From the NCBI GenBank assembly GCA_041745875.1, contig JBGTIB010000036.1, forward strand, positions 1-60,029: a stretch of DNA of 60,029 bases, written 5' to 3'. The DNA is from Flavobacteriales bacterium. Lineage in GTDB: Bacteria > Bacteroidota > Bacteroidia > Flavobacteriales_F > PHOS-HE28. The position numbers and the translations under genes were made by a program. Shown piece after piece: positions 55,842 through 60,029 of this stretch. The notes under the pieces are model-generated. The model did not search any database. It was not told where the DNA came from and saw nothing but the letters and a program-made list of their open reading frames with translations. Position 1 is the stretch's first letter; each line of letters starts with the position of its first letter.

Positions 55842-56857
55842 GTTGCCACTGTTTGTTTTAAACGTTTATATCCATCGTTACTCACACTTTCCCAGTCTCT
55901 CTCTATCGCAGTGAGTACCATTGGTCGCGTTGCACTATATGTCCTTCCATTCTTCTCGATCGGGAGATGGATATACTCATCCAGGCTCGTCACCGCACAA
56001 TCCCTATGTGTAGGTCTAGTTCGCCCACAATGTGGAAGTTGCATAGACGATAGGAAGTAATTGCGCTCACTCCTTCGCCATGATCTATGGATTGCCGTGG
56101 GCTTAGTAACCTCTGTCACGTGTTTATAGTCCAAGCGCACAAATTGGGTCATCGGCTCCCATGCCAATCCTAAACTTTGGACGATAAAATTTTCAAATGC
56201 TCCGCAAGTGTCTGGATAGCGCGTGTATTCACCTTCCAACCGATTCAATTCATTCGCGGTGGTTACCCATACATTCCATCGCCACTTGGGGCCCTTACCA
56301 CTGGTCTTCAGATTCGCCAGCGTTCCATTTGCGTAAAGACGCTCTAGTTCCCGTGTGTCACCTAAACTGATTTTGTGGCCCGCGTCGCGAAGTGTGTATT
56401 CCCGAAATGTGTTCATCGTCACCATGCGCACCAACCCAGTCTGGTTGCTAAACGTGCCACATAACGGGCAGCCCATGCCATAGTGCGGGGTGTACGCCTG
56501 CAACCACTCCTCATAGGCCATCATCACATTGTCCGTGTCGCTGTTAAATATCTGCTCCACCACGGAAGCATAGACACTTGCCGGAACCGCATTTCCTTCA
56601 AGATCGATTGCTAAGCAAGACAGCCATTGATGCACCATGAGTTCTCCAGCGGCTCTTCCTTCGTACCACTTCAGAAACTCAGACACGTCCGTGTGTGGAT
56701 CCATGAACGGACTACAGTGTTTCCAAATAATATCGATTGTCTCTCGCAATTGCTCTGGTGCCATGATGACATGTTGTTTGGGCGGGGGGTTTAATATAGT
56801 CACCCGCACCCAATCATCGCTCGCATGGCCCAATGTCATTGGCAATTGAATCCCCAT
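55838..56857 (-). CDS. unknown-function protein A of a three-gene operon (339 aa) with CxxC and a Cys...His pair
   Basis: It is the first gene of the operon and has a ~490-nt upstream non-coding region. It has a CxxC motif (GCPLCG, C130/C133), DTCGAFENFIVQSLG (C218), AIHRSW (H257), and HCGRTRPTHRDC (C277/H284/C287). Confidence 0.75.
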   Translation of the reverse strand: MGIQLPMTLGHASDDWVRVTILNPPPKQHVIMAPEQLRETIDIIWKHCSPFMDPHTDVSEFLKWYEGRAAGELMVHQWLSCLAIDLEGNAVPASVYASVVEQIFNSDTDNVMMAYEEWLQAYTPHYGMGCPLCGTFSNQTGLVRMVTMNTFREYTLRDAGHKISLGDTRELERLYANGTLANLKTSGKGPKWRWNVWVTTANELNRLEGEYTRYPDTCGAFENFIVQSLGLAWEPMTQFVRLDYKHVTEVTKPTAIHRSWRRSERNYFLSSMQLPHCGRTRPTHRDCAVTSLDEYIHLPIEKNGRTYSATRPMVLTAIERDWESVSNDGYKRLKQTVAT

Positions 56858-57351
56858 TTTGGTTCTCCCAAGGGTCTTGTTGCAGAAACAAATACGAATC
56901 TGAACGACTCAAGGTTCCCATCGAAATTGCCTCCTGTCGCAATCGTGACTGCATGATAGCTATGGGGTGATAAGGAACTCAACCTATGAGTCTTCATGGT
57001 TAACAGCAGCGTCGATGGAACACGTAAACCGCAAGGGCCAAAATATATACTTGCCTCGCTTGTACGCTCCGGCACCAACTTGTCTTTTCATAGTTCCGCT
57101 GTTGAGAACCTTACTACTTGTTTTGGGTCTCTCACTCAAACGCCAATAACGGTTCGTATCGTGCAAATGGACCCTGGGTTCGGAGCCGCGTTCAAGTCCG
57201 CACTGCACGCGGTCTGTGGCTTCCTGGAACAAGCAGCGAGCATCCCCAGCGCCGCATACCTCCTCCCCTTTTCCCGACCTTCGCGCCCCCATCGCCTTCG
57301 CCTGTCCTTCGCGGTGCTTCTGCCAACGAGGCGGGCTATGGCGAGCAAAGC

Positions 57352-59238
57352 ATGAACGTCCTTTCCGTCGAACGCCTCGCCAAAAGCTATGGTCCACGCC
57401 AGCTCTTCAAGGACCTCAGTTTCGGGCTGGAGAAGGGCCAGAAGACCGCCATCGTGGCGCGCAACGGCAGCGGCAAGAGCACCCTGCTGAAGTGCATCGC
57501 GGGGCTGGAGACCGCGGACGAGGGCATCGTCACCTTCAACAAGGGCATCCGCGTGGGCTACCTGGACCAGAGCGTGCAGATGAACGCCACCCACAGCCTG
57601 GTGGATGAGATGCTGGACCGCGACGACCCCATCACCGCCGCGATCCGCGACTACGAGCATGCCGTGGCGAAGGGACTGGACGGCAAGGCGATGCAGCAGG
57701 CCTTGGACCGCATGGAGGAACTGCAGGCCTGGGACCACGAGGCCCGCGTGGTGAGCATGCTGCACCGCTTCGGGCTGCGCGACATGGAACAGCCGGTGAA
57801 CACCCTGAGCGGCGGCCAGCAGAAACGCCTGGCCATGGCCAAGGTGCTGATCGACCTGCCCGATGTGCTGATCCTGGACGAGCCCACCAACCACCTCGAT
57901 GTCCATATGATCGAGCAGTTGGAGGAGGAACTGGGCACCCCCGGCATGACGCTGCTGCTGGTGACCCACGACCGCTATTTCCTGGACAATGTGTGCGACG
58001 AGATCATCGAGATCGAGTTCGGCGTGCTCACGCGCTACAAGGGCAACTACAGCTACTACGTGGAGAAGAAGGCCCTGGCCGACGAGGTGCGCGACGCCAC
58101 ACAGCACCACCTCCAAGGCTTGATGAAGCGCGAACTGGAGTGGGTGCGCCGCATGCCACGCGCACGGGGCACCAAGAGCAAGAGCCGCCTCGATGCCTTC
58201 GACAAGATCAAGGCCGATGCAGGCCGGCGCTACGACCGCGAACAGGTGAAGCTGGAGGTGAAGACCGACCGCCTCGGCGGCAAAGTGATCGAAGCGCGCA
58301 ACCTCACCATGGGTTTCGGCGACCCGGCGGACAAGGAACGCTACAAGCCGATCGTATCACACTTCAACTACTCCCTGAAGAAGGGCGACCGCATCGGTAT
58401 CGTGGGTCCCAACGGCATCGGCAAGAGCACCTTCCTGGAACTGCTGATCAAACGCCAGGAGCCGGACATGGGCAAGGTCACCATCGGGGACACGGTGGTG
58501 CTGGGCATCTTTGATCAGCAGCGCCTGCAGTTCAAGGAGGACCAACGGATCCTGGAGGTGGTGCGCGACATCGCCGAGGTGATCCCGCTGAACAAGGGAA
58601 AGTCGATGAACGCCTCACAATTGCTGGAGCGCTTCCTCTTCGACAAGGAACAGCAGTACCAGTACGTGAGCACGCTGAGCGGCGGTGAACTGCGCAGGCT
58701 GCAGCTGTGCACGGTGCTGATGAAGAACCCCAACGTGCTCATCCTCGACGAGCCGACCAACGACCTGGACATCCCCACGCTGAACGCCCTGGAGGATTTC
58801 CTCTCGGACCTCGATGTCTGCCTGCTCATCGTGAGCCACGACCGTTTCTTCATGGACAAGCTGTGTACGAAGCTGCTGGTATTCGAGGGTGAAGGGCTGA
58901 TCAAGGAATGGGTGGGCAGCTATTCGGACCTTCGGGAGAAACAACGCATCAGTGCAAAGCAGCCGACACCCCGCAAGGAGGAGCCTGTTGCAGCACCACC
59001 ACCACCCAAGGCCGACAAGGCGAAGAAGCTCACCTATGCCGAGCGCCTGGAACTGGATCGGATCGACAAGGAGATGCCCGCCTTGGAGAAACGCAAGGCG
59101 GAACTGCTCGCCGAACTGGCCAAGGGAGGCACCGACCACCACGTGATGATGGAGCGCTCCATCGCACTGGACCGCATCGTGGCCGACCTGGACCGCCTGA
59201 CCGACCGGTGGTTGGTGTTGAGCGAGAAGAACGGGTAG
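57352..59238 (+). CDS. ABC-F family ATPase (two ABC domains, C-terminal coiled coil; Uup-like)
   Basis: It has Walker A motifs (ARNGSGKST and GPNGIGKST), signature motifs (LSGGQQKRL and LSGGELRRL), and a K/E-rich coiled-coil tail. I placed the start at ATG 57352 (MNVLSVERLAKSYG). Confidence 0.9.
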   Translation: MNVLSVERLAKSYGPRQLFKDLSFGLEKGQKTAIVARNGSGKSTLLKCIAGLETADEGIVTFNKGIRVGYLDQSVQMNATHSLVDEMLDRDDPITAAIRDYEHAVAKGLDGKAMQQALDRMEELQAWDHEARVVSMLHRFGLRDMEQPVNTLSGGQQKRLAMAKVLIDLPDVLILDEPTNHLDVHMIEQLEEELGTPGMTLLLVTHDRYFLDNVCDEIIEIEFGVLTRYKGNYSYYVEKKALADEVRDATQHHLQGLMKRELEWVRRMPRARGTKSKSRLDAFDKIKADAGRRYDREQVKLEVKTDRLGGKVIEARNLTMGFGDPADKERYKPIVSHFNYSLKKGDRIGIVGPNGIGKSTFLELLIKRQEPDMGKVTIGDTVVLGIFDQQRLQFKEDQRILEVVRDIAEVIPLNKGKSMNASQLLERFLFDKEQQYQYVSTLSGGELRRLQLCTVLMKNPNVLILDEPTNDLDIPTLNALEDFLSDLDVCLLIVSHDRFFMDKLCTKLLVFEGEGLIKEWVGSYSDLREKQRISAKQPTPRKEEPVAAPPPPKADKAKKLTYAERLELDRIDKEMPALEKRKAELLAELAKGGTDHHVMMERSIALDRIVADLDRLTDRWLVLSEKNG

Positions 59239-59242
59239 TGCG

Positions 59243-60029
59243 TCAGAACTTGGCGCAGGGTACGATACGCCGCCGCGATGCGCTGCGCTTGCGGTTCTTC
59301 TTCACGATCTCGTACAGGATCGTCAGTTCGTGTGCACCACCGCCATGTGCTGCCAGGCGTGAAATGGTGATGTCGTAGCTGTATCCGAAGCGCATGTCGT
59401 TCACGGTGACACCCACCAGAACGGCGATGGCATCGTTGTTCATGTAACCCGTGTCGTAGCGCTTGAACAGCGGTATGCCGCGATACCAGAGCCCTGCGAA
59501 GAATGGATCGTGCTCGTAGTACGCACCCAGATCGAGCTGGTCGTATTTCTCCTGGCCCTTGTAGTTGAACGCGAACACGAAATGCTGCGCATGCTTCCGG
59601 ATCACTGGGGTGCGCACCGGCATGCGGTAGCCCCCATGCATGCTCAACTTGCGTGGGATCCGCGACTCGTTCTCCAGCAGCGACTGGTTGGGACGGTTGA
59701 GGTGGTGGACCGATGCACCGAACCACATCTTGGGCGTGAAGAAGAGCAACCCGGTGGCCATGTCGGCATAACTGATGCTATGTCCTTGCAGGTTCTCAAA
59801 GGTCCCGATATCACCTCCACGCGCCAGCTGGTCGCTGAAAAGGAGTCGCGAATAATCCACCGCATGGTTCACCCAACCGAACTGCAGCGAAGGTCGGAGG
59901 AACACCTTCCGCTTGATCTCGATCTCATATGCGTACTGCCCCGCCACGGTGGTGTAGCGCAACGCTCCGGCGCCTGCCTTATCGTGGGTCACCAGCAAGC
60001 CGATACCGCTGTGAACCTCCGGCATATAG
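59243..60029 (-). CDS. PorP/SprF family type IX secretion system membrane protein (N-terminus outside the window)
   Basis: The blocks GLLVTHDKAGAGAL, GASVHHLNRPNQSL, GAYYEHDPFFAGLWYRG and GYSYDITISRL are typical of PorP/SprF. The frame is still open at the window edge. Confidence 0.85.
   Translation of the reverse strand, partial: YMPEVHSGIGLLVTHDKAGAGALRYTTVAGQYAYEIEIKRKVFLRPSLQFGWVNHAVDYSRLLFSDQLARGGDIGTFENLQGHSISYADMATGLLFFTPKMWFGASVHHLNRPNQSLLENESRIPRKLSMHGGYRMPVRTPVIRKHAQHFVFAFNYKGQEKYDQLDLGAYYEHDPFFAGLWYRGIPLFKRYDTGYMNNDAIAVLVGVTVNDMRFGYSYDITISRLAAHGGGAHELTILYEIVKKNRKRSASRRRIVPCAKF

Noticed and set aside
54690-56857. A Walker-A-like string (LVGKT) in protein B and an Rx4H string (RTRPTH) in protein A, considered as an NTPase or HEPN motif
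   Set aside because: LVGKT lacks the upstream G/A at the required spacing. A single Rx4H match with no helical HEPN context is expected by chance. Both are mentioned only so they can be checked by profile searches.
57160-57230. A tRNA-like T-loop string (GCGTTCAAGTCCGC) near the island boundary, considered as a possible tRNA or att site
   Set aside because: The flanking bases do not form a T-stem (CCGCG versus CCGCA), and I could build no acceptor or anticodon arms. There is no matching direct repeat at the other candidate island borders.

Overview
This 60-kb window looks like a high-GC Bacteroidota chromosome. The evidence is several T9SS C-terminal sorting domains, a PorP/SprF gene, GEVED domains, and no Shine-Dalgarno sequences. 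No tRNA, rRNA or CRISPR array was seen.

Positions 1-42.9 kb are mostly core-like:
- glpD and a DUF4918 uracil-DNA-glycosylase-family gene.
- A 2352-aa HTH-CheB-CheR-PAS/GAF-histidine kinase-receiver protein, plus a second membrane-bound hybrid kinase.
- A 1213-aa T9SS/GEVED surface protein containing four 366-bp tandem coding repeats.
- NUDIX, FAD-Rieske and PTPS-like genes.
- A stress and DNA-repair cluster (DUF892, hydrophilin, Ku, LigD).
- Many small secreted or hypothetical genes, an acyl-CoA synthetase, SCO1 and a PhyH-family dioxygenase.

Positions 42.9-57.3 kb are a lower-GC mosaic accessory region with no integrase:
- Two T9SS cargo genes sit between an intact phyH 3' end and a diverged 87-nt duplicate of that end.
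- It also holds an FN3 protein, an internally deleted RAYT transposase with REP hairpins, and non-collinear fragments of restriction-modification genes.
- The most interesting element is a tightly overlapping three-gene operon (339, 383 and 813 aa). I could find no recognisable catalytic family in it, and I flag it as a candidate novel defence/conflict system.

The window ends with an ABC-F ATPase and a partial PorP/SprF gene. All family assignments come from motif recognition by eye. None has been verified by a database search.
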